DNA of 64,000 bases, taken from positions 46,788-110,787 of the forward strand of contig CALXVZ010000003.1 in assembly GCA_944392235.1 (NCBI GenBank), read 5' to 3'. The DNA comes from an uncultured Alphaproteobacteria bacterium. Lineage in GTDB: Bacteria; Pseudomonadota; Alphaproteobacteria; RF32; CAG-239. A program made the position numbers and the translations under genes. Shown here in pieces: positions 35,391 through 46,031 of this stretch. Numbering within the stretch: the first letter of the stretch is position 1; every line of letters begins with the position of its first letter. Below the pieces are notes generated by a model. That model saw only the letters and a list, made by a program, of their open reading frames with translations. It made no database searches and was not told the origin of the DNA.

Positions 35391-36920
35391 ATGCAAAAAC
35401 CTGTTATGCTTTTAATTTTAGATGGTTGGGGATATCGTGAAAAAACTACGAGCGATAATGCTATTGAACAAGGCCATACACCTAATTGGCATTCTTTATT
35501 ACAAACTTGTCCTCACTGCTTTATTGAAACATCTGGATATGATGTAGGTCTTCCTGATGGACAGATGGGAAATTCTGAGGTTGGTCATACAAACTTAGGG
35601 GCTGGACGCGTTGTTATGCAAGACTTACCTAAAATTGATTTAGCTATTAAAGACGGTTCTTTAGAGAAAAATTCTACTCTTGTTGAAATGATCCAAAAAT
35701 TAAAAGAATCCAAGGGAACTTGTCATTTGATGGGTTTAATGTCTCCTGGTGGTGTGCATTCTCATCAGAAACATATTGAAGCTATGTGCGAAATTTTGAA
35801 TAAAAATAATATTCCTGTTAATGTTCATGCTTTCTTAGATGGTAGAGATACCCCTCCTCAGTCTGCTAAAGAGTTCTTAGCTGATTTTGAACATAATATC
35901 CAACATTTATCAAATGTTAAAGTTGCTACTATCTCTGGACGCTTTTATGCTATGGATAGAGATAAGCGTTGGGATAGAGTTGAAAAAGCTTACAATAATA
36001 TTGTTCTGGCTGATGGACAACGTTTTGCTTCATCTCAAGATGCTATTGTCGCATCTTATAGCAATTCTGTTACAGATGAATTTGTTGTTCCGACTGTTAT
36101 TGGTGATTATCATGGTGCTAAAGATGGTGATGCTGTTCTGATGATTAACTTTAGAGCAGATAGAGCAAGAGAAATTCTTTATGCTCTTGGTGATAAAGAG
36201 TTTTCCGGTTTTGAAAGAAAGAAAGTTATTAACTTTATTGATCTCGTTGGTATGGTTGAATATTCTGTAGATCATAATCGTTTTATGAAAACAATTTTTG
36301 CTCCGGAAGCTTTGAAAAACATCTTTGGCGAAGTTGTTGCTAATCATGGACTTACTCAATTAAGAATCGCTGAAACTGAAAAGTATGCTCATGTTACTTT
36401 CTTCTTTAATGGTGGTGAAGAAAAAGAATTTAAAGGGGAAGATCGTATCTTGATTAATAGTCCTAAAGTTGCAACCTATGACTTAAAACCCGAAATGAGT
36501 GTTTATGAAGTTACAGAAGCTCTTACTGATGCTATCGAAAAACAAAAATATGATGTTATTATTTGTAACTTTGCTAATGGTGATATGGTTGGTCATACAG
36601 GTATTATGGATGCAGCTCTTAAGGCTGTTGCTGCTGTTGATGATTGCTTGGGTAAAGTTATGAAAGCAATTAAAGATGTTAATGGGGTTCTCTTTGTTAC
36701 AGCTGACCATGGTAATGTTGAAAAAATGGTTGATGAGAAAACTGGCGAACCTTATACAGCTCATACTGTTGGAAAAGTTCAAGCAGTGCTTTATAATGCT
36801 GAACCAGCAGTGAAATCCTTAAATGATGGTAGATTGGCAGACGTTTCTCCTACCCTTTTGGATTTAATGGGAATCGAAAAACCACAAGAAATGACAGGTA
36901 AATCTTTAATCGTTAAATAG
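35391..36920 (+). CDS. gpmI: 2,3-bisphosphoglycerate-independent phosphoglycerate mutase
   Basis: LILDGWG, QMGNSEVGH, GGVHSH, AETEKYAHVTFF, NGDMVGH, TADHGN. Confidence 0.98.
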   Translation: MQKPVMLLILDGWGYREKTTSDNAIEQGHTPNWHSLLQTCPHCFIETSGYDVGLPDGQMGNSEVGHTNLGAGRVVMQDLPKIDLAIKDGSLEKNSTLVEMIQKLKESKGTCHLMGLMSPGGVHSHQKHIEAMCEILNKNNIPVNVHAFLDGRDTPPQSAKEFLADFEHNIQHLSNVKVATISGRFYAMDRDKRWDRVEKAYNNIVLADGQRFASSQDAIVASYSNSVTDEFVVPTVIGDYHGAKDGDAVLMINFRADRAREILYALGDKEFSGFERKKVINFIDLVGMVEYSVDHNRFMKTIFAPEALKNIFGEVVANHGLTQLRIAETEKYAHVTFFFNGGEEKEFKGEDRILINSPKVATYDLKPEMSVYEVTEALTDAIEKQKYDVIICNFANGDMVGHTGIMDAALKAVAAVDDCLGKVMKAIKDVNGVLFVTADHGNVEKMVDEKTGEPYTAHTVGKVQAVLYNAEPAVKSLNDGRLADVSPTLLDLMGIEKPQEMTGKSLIVK

Positions 36921-36927
36921 GATTTAT

Positions 36928-38175
36928 ATGAAGAAAATATGTATCTTTAGCATGGTTTTAGCTCTTTTTTGGGGCAATTGTATTAGTTACAATTTATGCC
37001 ATGCTAAAGATATTTCTGAAACTGAATTAAAAAGAATCGAAGCAGAAGCCAGAAAAAAAAGTATCGAATCGAGAAAATTACAAGCCCAAGCTTTACAGTT
37101 AAATCTTGAACTTTCTAAAATTGATAAAACTGTTATTAATTTAGCTAGTGAAATTCAAAATAATGAAGATAAAATTTCTGAACTAGAAAAAAAATTAGCA
37201 GCGCTAAAAGAAGATTTAACTATTAAAGAAGCTGCTTTTGCTAAAGAAAATAATTCTCTCGTGCAAACAATTGCTTCTTTGCAGAATATGTCTCTTAACC
37301 CTTCAGAAGCTGTCATTTTGCAACCAATCTCACCTGTTGATGTTATTAGAAGTGCTATTTTGCTAAGGGAAACAATCCCTTTCTTAAATAATAAATCTTC
37401 TCAATTAAAAACTGATTTAGATGCTATTTATACGCAAAAGCAACAAATCGAAAATACTATGACTGAGGCAAAAAATAGTCAGACAACTTTAAATCAACAG
37501 CAAAAAAAAATGCGCTCTCTTATGCAGAAAAAGGCAAGTATGAGACAGGTCTTGGAATCTCGTGGCGCTGAAACGCAAAAACAAGCTGAAGAATTGGCCT
37601 CTAAAGCTAATAATCTCAGAGATTTGTTAGATAAACTGGAAAAACAAAAAGAGCTTGAACGAAAAAAACAGCAAGAAGCTGAAAGATTGGCTGCTCTTAA
37701 AAGACAAGAAAATTTAAAAAAATTAAATGCACAAAGTCATACAATCTCTAAGAGAGAACATGCTTCTATAAAACAAAAAGTAAAAGGCGGACGCTTTGCT
37801 AAAGCCAAAGGAACCTTATCTCGACCTGTTAGAGGTTCTATTATTACTGAATATGGACAGCCTCTTTCAAAAGGGGTTACTTCCAAAGGTATTGTTTATA
37901 AAACTCGCCCAAATGCTCAAGTTATTGCTCTTTATGATGGAACTGTTATTTTTTCTGGTCCATTTAAAGGATATGGTAATATTATTATTGTAGAACATGG
38001 TGATGGATATTTGTCTTTGTTAGCAGGTTTGGGTGTTATTGACTGTGAATTAGGACAGATGTTGTTGGCAGGAGAACCTGTTGGTATGATGCCAGACTCT
38101 TCTAATGCGAAACTTTATGTCGAAATTAGAAAGGATAGGCATCCTATTAACCCTTCTCCTTGGATTGCCAGTTAA
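36928..38175 (+). CDS. envC: Murein hydrolase activator EnvC-like (coiled coil plus degenerate M23 domain)
   Basis: Signal peptide, long coiled coil, GYGNIIIVEHG, LYVEIR...PINP; zinc-ligand histidines absent. Confidence 0.85.
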   Translation: MKKICIFSMVLALFWGNCISYNLCHAKDISETELKRIEAEARKKSIESRKLQAQALQLNLELSKIDKTVINLASEIQNNEDKISELEKKLAALKEDLTIKEAAFAKENNSLVQTIASLQNMSLNPSEAVILQPISPVDVIRSAILLRETIPFLNNKSSQLKTDLDAIYTQKQQIENTMTEAKNSQTTLNQQQKKMRSLMQKKASMRQVLESRGAETQKQAEELASKANNLRDLLDKLEKQKELERKKQQEAERLAALKRQENLKKLNAQSHTISKREHASIKQKVKGGRFAKAKGTLSRPVRGSIITEYGQPLSKGVTSKGIVYKTRPNAQVIALYDGTVIFSGPFKGYGNIIIVEHGDGYLSLLAGLGVIDCELGQMLLAGEPVGMMPDSSNAKLYVEIRKDRHPINPSPWIAS

Positions 38176-38196
38176 TTTTATTTGATAGGGATGATT

Positions 38197-39486
38197 ATGA
38201 AAAAAAACAAACTATTGTTTATCGCTTTATTTGCAGGGCTGTTTTTATGCATTGCAGATGCTTATGCTGCGAAAAAAAAAGATGATGATGCCAATACTTA
38301 TGAATTGTTAAATTTGTTTGGTGAAGTTATGGAAAGAGCTAAGCTTAATTATGTTGAAGAGGTTAGCGATAAAAAACTTATTGAAGCTGCTATTAATGGT
38401 ATGCTCACATCTTTAGATCCTCATTCGAGCTATTTGGATGCTGAAAGTTTTAACTATATGAATGAGCAAACTAAAGGTAAATTCGGTGGTTTAGGTATTG
38501 AAGTTACTATGGACAATGGTTTAGTTAAAGTCGTATCTCCTATTGATGATACTCCTGCTGCTAAAGCTGGTATAAAAGCGGGAGATTATATTACTCATAT
38601 TAACGGAGAAACTGTTGTCGGAATGACTCTTAATGATGCAGTTAGTAAAATGAGGGGAAAAGTTGGTGAGAAAGTTAAACTCTCTATCAGAAGAGTTAAT
38701 TCTAAACCTATTGAGTTGACTATTAAAAGACAGGAAATAAAAATTCAATCTGTAAAAAGTGAAATTAAGGAAGATTCTATTGCCTATATCAGAATTTCAT
38801 CTTTTTCTGAAGATGTAGATGATGCTGTTAGTAAAGCCATTACTGATGCTAAGAAAAAATTGAAAAATAAATTACTTGGTATTGTTATTGATGTTAGAAA
38901 TAATCCGGGGGGATTATTAGATCAAGCTGTTGATGTTTCTGATTTATTCTTAGAAAAAGGTGAAATTGTTTCAACTCGTTCCAGAAATGAAAGTGATACT
39001 GTAAAATTTATGGCTAATGAAGGTGATGTTGCTCAGGGACTTCCTATTGTTGTTATTATTAATGAAGGTTCTGCTTCTGCTTCAGAAATTCTTGCAGGTG
39101 CCCTTCAAGATCATCATCGTGCTATTATTTTAGGTGAAAAATCTTTCGGAAAAGGATCTGTGCAAACAGTCATTCCTCTAAGAGATTATGGGGCTATGAG
39201 ATTAACTACTGCTAGATATTATACTCCTTCTGGTCGTTCTATTCAAGCTAAAGGTATCGAACCTGATATTGAAGTTAAACCAGCAAAAGTAGAAGAACTC
39301 GAATCCTATTCTTTGAATATTAGTGAGGCTGACTTAAATAATGCACTTAAAAATGATAGTGAAATTTCTGCTGATTCTGACAAGAAAAAGGGTAAATCAG
39401 CAGAAGATTTAGCTGATTATCAATTGGTACGTGCTCTTGATTTGGTTAAAGCTTTGGCTCTGTATTCTAAATCAGATGCAAACTAG
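38197..39486 (+). CDS. ctpA: Carboxyl-terminal processing protease S41
   Basis: LDPHS, GGLGIEV PDZ, DVRNNPGG, SASASEI, SFGKGSVQ, TTARYYTPSG. Confidence 0.93.
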   Translation: MKKNKLLFIALFAGLFLCIADAYAAKKKDDDANTYELLNLFGEVMERAKLNYVEEVSDKKLIEAAINGMLTSLDPHSSYLDAESFNYMNEQTKGKFGGLGIEVTMDNGLVKVVSPIDDTPAAKAGIKAGDYITHINGETVVGMTLNDAVSKMRGKVGEKVKLSIRRVNSKPIELTIKRQEIKIQSVKSEIKEDSIAYIRISSFSEDVDDAVSKAITDAKKKLKNKLLGIVIDVRNNPGGLLDQAVDVSDLFLEKGEIVSTRSRNESDTVKFMANEGDVAQGLPIVVIINEGSASASEILAGALQDHHRAIILGEKSFGKGSVQTVIPLRDYGAMRLTTARYYTPSGRSIQAKGIEPDIEVKPAKVEELESYSLNISEADLNNALKNDSEISADSDKKKGKSAEDLADYQLVRALDLVKALALYSKSDAN

Positions 39487-39496
39487 GAGGTAAATT

Positions 39497-39985
39497 ATGG
39501 GTAAACTTTTTAGGCGTTGTGCTGGAGCTGTCGTTTTTAATTCTTCCGGATTAGTTTTACTTGGAAATCGTATTGATGTGCCTTCGGATGATTGGCAATT
39601 TCCACAAGGAGGAATCGAAATAAACGAATCACCTCTTGCAGCGGCTAAAAGAGAACTCTTTGAAGAAACAGGAGTATCTTCTGTTATTCCTATCTATACG
39701 GATGATACTCCTTCTCGTTATGAGTTTACTGAAGAAATTAAACATAATTTTAGAAAACGTGGCATCTTTAATGATGGGCAAGATATCTATTTCTCTTTAT
39801 TCTTTTTTGCCGGAGATAATAGTGAAATTAATATAAATACTCCTCAACCTGAATTCAAATCTTATTGTTGGAATACATTAGAGTTTGCCGCAGAAAATAT
39901 TATTAATTTTAAAAAAGATGTTTATAAAACAATGGTAAATCGTTTCGCACCTCTTATTGAGCAATATCTTAAAACCCTATCTTGA
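39497..39985 (+). CDS. rppH: RNA pyrophosphohydrolase (Nudix)
   Basis: WQFPQGGI, Nudix box RELFEETG, PEF..Y.W, FKKDVY. Confidence 0.9.
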   Translation: MGKLFRRCAGAVVFNSSGLVLLGNRIDVPSDDWQFPQGGIEINESPLAAAKRELFEETGVSSVIPIYTDDTPSRYEFTEEIKHNFRKRGIFNDGQDIYFSLFFFAGDNSEININTPQPEFKSYCWNTLEFAAENIINFKKDVYKTMVNRFAPLIEQYLKTLS

Positions 39986-40045
39986 TATTTTATACTTCTT
40001 ATCATAAATTTATAAAGAGATTGTTTTGTTTTAGAGGAATAATAA

Positions 40046-40495
40046 ATGAATAATCTTCCACAGTTTAGAGATATTCAAATACCTGATGGGGTTTCAATTT
40101 TCCCTATAGCCTATGGTTGGTGGGTTTTGTTATTTATTGTTGTTTTTTTATTCCTTTTTATAAAATTTTTTATTGCTTTTTGGAAAACTCGCAGGAAATA
40201 TTATTCCTTAAAAAAATTAGAAAACATTTCTACCGATAATCCTATTCAAGCTGCAGTCGCTATCTCTGAGCTTTTAAGGCGTATTTGTCTTATTAAAGAT
40301 AGAAAATCATGTGCTCTTACCGGGAAGGATTGGATTGACTTTCTTAATCAGCATTCTTCTAATCCTCTTTCTCAAAAAAGTGCTGATTTTTTATCATTTG
40401 CTCCTTTCATGAATAGTTCTAATCAAACATATACTACAGAAGATGCTATCAAACTCAAAAACTTTTGTAAAAATTGGATAGGAGAAAATTTATGA
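40046..40495 (+). CDS. DUF4381-like protein of Bat/MoxR operons
   Basis: RDIQIP....FP.AYGWW, LLRR, LTG..W..FL. Confidence 0.8.
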   Translation: MNNLPQFRDIQIPDGVSIFPIAYGWWVLLFIVVFLFLFIKFFIAFWKTRRKYYSLKKLENISTDNPIQAAVAISELLRRICLIKDRKSCALTGKDWIDFLNQHSSNPLSQKSADFLSFAPFMNSSNQTYTTEDAIKLKNFCKNWIGENL

Positions 40496-41490
40496 TTGTT
40501 TTCGCTTATCCCAAATTGTTTCTGCTTGTTTTTCTTCCATTTTTATGGCTTTTACTTATACCTCGAAAAAAACAAGAGTTTGGTGATGCTTTATCTGTTC
40601 CTTTCTTAAAAGATTTAAAAGAAATAAAAAATCTTGCCTCTCATCACTTCTTTGGGACTAATAAAAAAATTATATCTTCTTTGAAATTTTTGTATCTATT
40701 TCTAATCTGGAGTTGCTTAACTATAGCTGTTGCTCGTCCTCAAATTGTTGGTTTGCCTTATAGGCTTAATGCAAACAACAGAGATATTATGTTGGTTATT
40801 GATATCTCTACTTCCATGTTGGAACCTGATTTTTCCACTCAAAATCGTCGTATTGATAGATTATCAGCTGTTAAAGCTGTTGTAAGTGCTTTTGTTCAGA
40901 AAAGAACTGAAGATAGAATCGGATTAATCCTTTTCGGAACAAGAGCTTATTTACAAGCTCCGCTCACTTTTGATAAAGCATCTATTCAAGAAATTTTGCT
41001 AAACACAGACGCTGGAATGGCCGGACGTTCTACCTCTATCGGTGATGCTCTGGGATTGGCTTTGAAAAATTTAAGAGATGATGCTAAAAAAGAAAATAAA
41101 GTTATTATTTTACTTTCTGATGGAGAAAATAATGATGGAGCCCTTAGTATGGCTCAAGCTATTGATCTTGCTGAAAAAGAAAATATAAAAGTTTATACCA
41201 TTGGTGTAGGTGCTGAAGTTAATTTTATTAACTCTCTTTTTGGATTACGCAATAATGAATTAGATGAAAAAAGCTTAAAAGAATTAGCTTCTCGAACTAA
41301 GGGACGTTATTTTAAAGCAACAGATTTAAATTCTTTGGCTCAGATATATAATTACATTGATACTCTTGAACCTGAACAAAGTGAAGGAAATGTTGTTCAA
41401 AATAAAACAGATCTATTTTATCTTCCTCTTTTAGTTGCTATTGTTTTATCTTGCTTTTTTCTTATTTCATCTGGGAGAAATTTAAAATGA
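40492..41490 (+). CDS. batA: BatA-like vWA protein (likely start ATG 40492)
   Basis: ARPQ, MIDAS DISTSM, DRIGLILFG..AY..APLTFD, TSIGDALG, LLSDGENN. Confidence 0.85.
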   Translation: MIVFAYPKLFLLVFLPFLWLLLIPRKKQEFGDALSVPFLKDLKEIKNLASHHFFGTNKKIISSLKFLYLFLIWSCLTIAVARPQIVGLPYRLNANNRDIMLVIDISTSMLEPDFSTQNRRIDRLSAVKAVVSAFVQKRTEDRIGLILFGTRAYLQAPLTFDKASIQEILLNTDAGMAGRSTSIGDALGLALKNLRDDAKKENKVIILLSDGENNDGALSMAQAIDLAEKENIKVYTIGVGAEVNFINSLFGLRNNELDEKSLKELASRTKGRYFKATDLNSLAQIYNYIDTLEPEQSEGNVVQNKTDLFYLPLLVAIVLSCFFLISSGRNLK

Positions 41491-43403
41491 TAGATTTTTT
41501 TACTAACTTTCATTTTATTAGACCTTGGGTGCTTTTTTTACTTATTATCCCAATTATCTTTCTTTTGAAAAAAACAAAAATAGCTTATACTTCTTCCGCT
41601 TGGGAAAATGTTTGTGAGCAGAATTTATTAAATTTTCTTATTATCAGAGATAGTCGTTTTTCCTTTATTTCTCTCAAAAAAATTATCTATTTTGGTATTT
41701 TTTCTGCTATTATTTCGGCAGCAGGTCCTTCTTGGAAAAAAAATGAAATTCCATCTTTTACTATTGAGAATCCTAATATGATTGTTTTAAGTTTGGCTCA
41801 AGATATGCAACTCCAAGATATCTCTCCTTCTAGGCTTGAACGTGCTAAATTTCTTATTTCTGATTTAACAGATGCTTTTCCTAAAGGACAATTTGGTTTT
41901 GAAGTTTATTCTCAAGAACCTTATATTATTTCACCTATCTCTGATGATATTCTGCTATTAAAAAATTTATTACCTCAAATTGTTCCTAATATTGTTCCTG
42001 ATCAAGGTGATCGACTTGATCGTGCTATTAATCTTGCAATTGAACGTTTTAATTCCGCGGGATTTTCTCACGGAAATATTATTATTTTTGCTTCTGATGT
42101 TGGACAACGCTTTGATCTTGCAATAGAAGCTGTTCAAAAAGCTGCTAAACTTAATTATCATATTTATATTGTTGATACATCTTTCGCTAAAAATGAAAAA
42201 CTAAAAATTCTTACTGATAAAGCTAGTGGATTCTATACTTCTATTCAAAATGCTGACCTTCAAGCTCTAATTAATAATATTAATGATGTAAATGATGCTC
42301 AAGTCAAATTAAGTCAAAATATGCGATCTCAATTTATTGACTTTGGCTATTATTTATTAATTATCCCATTGATTTGCACTTTATTTTTATTTCGAAGAGG
42401 TGTTTTATTTGCTTTTCTTCTCTGTATTTTTAATATTAACTATGCTTACGCTGGTTTCTTCTTAAATGAAAATCAAGAAGCTTTAAAATTCTTTAATGAT
42501 GCTAACTATTCAAAAGCCTCCCAGCTTTTTCAAAACTCAACTTGGAAAGGCATTTCTTTGTATAAAGAAAATAAACTTGAAGAAGCCCTTAAAGAATTTG
42601 AAAAAGGAAAGTCTGATATTGATTTTTATAATAAAGCTCTTATCGAAGCTAAGCTTTGTAAATATGAAGATGCTTATAAAGATTTTCAAAATGCTTTAAA
42701 AATAAATCCTAAAAATGATGATGCCTCTTATAACCTTTCTTTATTGAATGATCTATTTGAAAAAGCAAAATCAGATCCTTCTTTACTCTCTTGCGATGAT
42801 AATCAAAAGCAAAATTCTTCATCTCAAAATAATAACTCTGATAATGAAGATAATAATCAACAATCTGAGAAATCAAGTTCATCTCAAAATAATGAATCTC
42901 AAAACAACAACAATAATTCACAATCCGCTGAGCAACGGCAAAATGATAAATCTCAAGAAAACTCTTCTGATGAAAAACAACAAAAAGAACAGTCTCAGCA
43001 ACAATCTGACAATAATTCAGAAAATCAGAAAAATTCTGAAAATACTCAGGAAGCTAGTAATAACAATAAATCCTCCGAAAATTCTCAAAAAAATAATCAA
43101 GATTCAAATAACTCTTCTCAAGAAAAAGAAAATTCTCCTGAACAAACAAATCAAGATCAAGGTGCTCCTCAAAAAACTCATAATGAAGAAGGGGATGAAA
43201 ATGAAGGTTTTGAAAATCAAGATCAGGAACAAACTGTAAATCTTGTTAATGCTAAAAAAGGCAGTCCAGAGGAAAATTATGATGAAAAGGCACTTATTAT
43301 GCAACGCCGTTATAGGGATATTCCTGAAGATACAGGTGGTCTATTAAGAGAATTTATTAAAAAAGAATATTCAAAAGGTAGGTATAAAAATGAAGGCATT
43401 TAA
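41487..43403 (+). CDS. BatB/BatC-like vWA + TPR protein with N/Q/S-rich tail (likely start ATG 41487)
   Basis: FHFIRPW, AAGPSW, PSRLERAK, TPRs, low-complexity tail, IPEDTGGLLR. Confidence 0.82.
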   Translation: MIDFFTNFHFIRPWVLFLLIIPIIFLLKKTKIAYTSSAWENVCEQNLLNFLIIRDSRFSFISLKKIIYFGIFSAIISAAGPSWKKNEIPSFTIENPNMIVLSLAQDMQLQDISPSRLERAKFLISDLTDAFPKGQFGFEVYSQEPYIISPISDDILLLKNLLPQIVPNIVPDQGDRLDRAINLAIERFNSAGFSHGNIIIFASDVGQRFDLAIEAVQKAAKLNYHIYIVDTSFAKNEKLKILTDKASGFYTSIQNADLQALINNINDVNDAQVKLSQNMRSQFIDFGYYLLIIPLICTLFLFRRGVLFAFLLCIFNINYAYAGFFLNENQEALKFFNDANYSKASQLFQNSTWKGISLYKENKLEEALKEFEKGKSDIDFYNKALIEAKLCKYEDAYKDFQNALKINPKNDDASYNLSLLNDLFEKAKSDPSLLSCDDNQKQNSSSQNNNSDNEDNNQQSEKSSSSQNNESQNNNNNSQSAEQRQNDKSQENSSDEKQQKEQSQQQSDNNSENQKNSENTQEASNNNKSSENSQKNNQDSNNSSQEKENSPEQTNQDQGAPQKTHNEEGDENEGFENQDQEQTVNLVNAKKGSPEENYDEKALIMQRRYRDIPEDTGGLLREFIKKEYSKGRYKNEGI

Positions 43404-45123
43404 AATATTTCTTTTTTTGTTAATTAATTGTTTCTTTTCCGCTTGGGTTTTTGCTGATACGGTTGATATATCTTTAGATAAAAATGTTATTTCTGAAGGA
43501 GATACTGTTAATTTGACTATTTCTTATTCTGGAGAAAATGATGATAATCCAGATTTAAGCGATCTTCAAAAGGATTTCCAGATTGTTTCTAATTTTACAT
43601 CCAAACAGGTTAATTATATTAATGGAGTATTTTCTCAAATAAAAAAATGGACGATTGGACTTAAGCCTTTAAAGTTAGGTAAAATAACTATTAAACCAAT
43701 TAAAATTGGTAATATAAGCTCTAATTATGCTGATGTTGAGGTGAAAGAGATTACTGATGTGGCTTATGTTCCTGATCGTAAAGAAAATTCGAATTCTCCT
43801 TATTTTCAGATTGAACAAACACTTTCTCCTTCTTCGCCATATATTAATCAACAAACCATTATTTGGGTAACTATTTATGATAGCCTAGGTTTACATAATG
43901 CCTCTCTTCTTCCTACTGAAGAAACAATGAATAATTGGTCTTTATCTCAATTGACCAAAGAACCTTTTGTTTCTACAGATATTGTTCAGGGAAAAAAAGT
44001 TAATGTTGTCAAATATGCTTTTGCAGCATTTCCTTTAAAAAGTGGTGAGATTGCTTCTCCTCAATTTGTATTTGATGGTGCTTATATAAAAAATGTGGGT
44101 TTTTCTTTCCCTAATTTTAATGATAGTTTTTTAACTTTTGGTGTTGATTTTCAAAATGCTTTCGCTCCTAAAGTTCCCGTTCGCATGAAAACTAAAATTG
44201 AAAAAATAAACGTTAAACCGATCCCTTCTTCAAATACAAATGTGTGGCTACCTTTATCAGATTTAGTTATTAGCTCTCAATGGGCTCCTAATACAAAGTT
44301 CCAAGTTGGAGAAGCTTTAACTCGTCAGATAACTGTTCGTGCTTTTGGATTACAAGAAGAAAATTTTCCTGATTTAACTTTTCCTGATATTAAAGGTTTT
44401 AAGAAATATCCGGAAAAACCGGTTCTTTCTTCTGCTATTGAAAAAAATCAAATTGTAATCACCGCAAAGTATAATATTATTTATATTCCGTCACAGTCTG
44501 GTAATTTTCTTTATCCTAGACAAGAAATTACATGGTTTGATATCAATAGTGAAGAATTTAAAAACACTGTTATTCCTTCTGAAAATATCACAATCTTATC
44601 AAATCCTAACTTTTCTGAGAAAATTTCAGAAACTTTTTCTCCTTCTAATCAAATAGAACAGAAAACACAGAACGAAAATTCTTCTAATATTAATGAAAAA
44701 AATAATTCCTCTTCTACTGTTAAAAATGATATTCCTTATTTCCTTATAGTTATATCTTTGTTTATTGCTCTTTTATTTGTTTTTCTTATAAATGCTTTTT
44801 CTAAAAAATTTAAAGTCCAGGATTATCGTTCTAATGTTATTACATCCCTCAAAAGAGAAAAATATTCTGAAGCAAGAAATAATCTTATCTTATGGGCACA
44901 GAAAAAAATGAAGGACACTACTATTCAAAACTTAAATGATGTTGCAGATGTTTTTGAAAATACCGAATTTAAAGAGCAATTAAATAAACTTAATCAGATT
45001 TTATATTCTCCAGATGTTCTCTCTTTTAATAAGTCCGAATTTCTCAAAATTTTTAAAAAAATTGATGCAAAAAAAATAAAACAAATTAAAAAGAAAGATA
45101 TTTTACCAAATCTTTACAATTAA
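43390..45123 (+). CDS. batD: BatD family protein
   Basis: Signal peptide, PDLS.L..DF, VGEALTRQITV, WFD, TM helix, terminal LPNLY. Confidence 0.82.
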   Translation: MKAFKIFLFLLINCFFSAWVFADTVDISLDKNVISEGDTVNLTISYSGENDDNPDLSDLQKDFQIVSNFTSKQVNYINGVFSQIKKWTIGLKPLKLGKITIKPIKIGNISSNYADVEVKEITDVAYVPDRKENSNSPYFQIEQTLSPSSPYINQQTIIWVTIYDSLGLHNASLLPTEETMNNWSLSQLTKEPFVSTDIVQGKKVNVVKYAFAAFPLKSGEIASPQFVFDGAYIKNVGFSFPNFNDSFLTFGVDFQNAFAPKVPVRMKTKIEKINVKPIPSSNTNVWLPLSDLVISSQWAPNTKFQVGEALTRQITVRAFGLQEENFPDLTFPDIKGFKKYPEKPVLSSAIEKNQIVITAKYNIIYIPSQSGNFLYPRQEITWFDINSEEFKNTVIPSENITILSNPNFSEKISETFSPSNQIEQKTQNENSSNINEKNNSSSTVKNDIPYFLIVISLFIALLFVFLINAFSKKFKVQDYRSNVITSLKREKYSEARNNLILWAQKKMKDTTIQNLNDVADVFENTEFKEQLNKLNQILYSPDVLSFNKSEFLKIFKKIDAKKIKQIKKKDILPNLYN

Positions 45124-45163
45124 TTTGCATCTTATTATGTGTATGTAACCTAAGGGAGATGCC

Positions 45164-46030
45164 ATGCTTTGGTTTAAAAGAATTGTCTGCGGTATAGTTG
45201 CCCTACTTTTGGTTCTTTTAAGTATTAAACTTTTGCAGAATCAAATACAATTATGGCAAGCTTTTGGGTTATGCGTTTTTGTTGGTGGTATAACTCTTGC
45301 TCATATCGCTATTTTTCAGCAACTCCCTAAATATGATTTTTGGATTACTCTGATTGCTATTGGGTTGGCTGTTGCTTTGTATTTTACTAATTCCAAAAGT
45401 GTTTCTTCTAAAGTTTCTGTATCCCCTTCTGAAAATATAAAAGAAAATACCTTGAAAACTCAAAAAGTAGTAACTGTTGTCAAAAAGAAACCTAAAAAGA
45501 AAAAATATAAATCTACAGGCTTTAACCCGTCTGATTATCCTAAAATTAGTGGTAGTGCTACAATTATTCATGCAAATGTTTTTTATATCGGTGGTCGTTA
45601 TGTTAGGTTGTATGGCGTAGATGCTCCAGATAATGACCAAATTTGTTCTGATGCTAATGGTAGCTCCTATAACTGTGGACAAGCAGCTGTTTCTTGGTTA
45701 AGAGGTTGGATTGATACAAATTCTATTGATTGCTATTTGCTGAAAATAAATCCAAATGGACAAGATTTAGCAACTTGTGTCTGGGGTGATTATGATATTG
45801 GAGCTGCTCTGGTTGGAACGGGGTGGGCGATTGCTAATACTAAAGAATCCGATATATATCGTCCATATGAGGCTAAAGCAAAAGGGGAATCTTCAGGTTT
45901 GTGGCAGGGAACTTTTTATGCTCCGGAAGATTGGCGAGATATAAAAAGAAGACAGAATGATTTCACAATTAGAAGATCTTCTTTTTCTAAAGGTAGTTCT
46001 TTCTTTGATTTTGGTTCTTGGTTCAAATAA
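45164..46030 (+). CDS. Membrane-anchored thermonuclease (SNase)-fold protein, probably inactive
   Basis: Three N-terminal TM segments; VRLYGVDAPD..Q.C, CG..A, LV..GWA, E..A.....GLW.G.F..P.DWR. Confidence 0.82.
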   Translation: MLWFKRIVCGIVALLLVLLSIKLLQNQIQLWQAFGLCVFVGGITLAHIAIFQQLPKYDFWITLIAIGLAVALYFTNSKSVSSKVSVSPSENIKENTLKTQKVVTVVKKKPKKKKYKSTGFNPSDYPKISGSATIIHANVFYIGGRYVRLYGVDAPDNDQICSDANGSSYNCGQAAVSWLRGWIDTNSIDCYLLKINPNGQDLATCVWGDYDIGAALVGTGWAIANTKESDIYRPYEAKAKGESSGLWQGTFYAPEDWRDIKRRQNDFTIRRSSFSKGSSFFDFGSWFK

Positions 46031-46031
46031 T

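Noticed and set aside
36928-38175. M23 domain lacking zinc ligands
   Set aside because: Expected for EnvC; not novel
42790-43240. N/Q/S/E-rich quasi-repetitive DNA
   Set aside because: Ordinary low-complexity tail of BatB/C-type proteins; no fixed repeat-spacer structure, so not CRISPR
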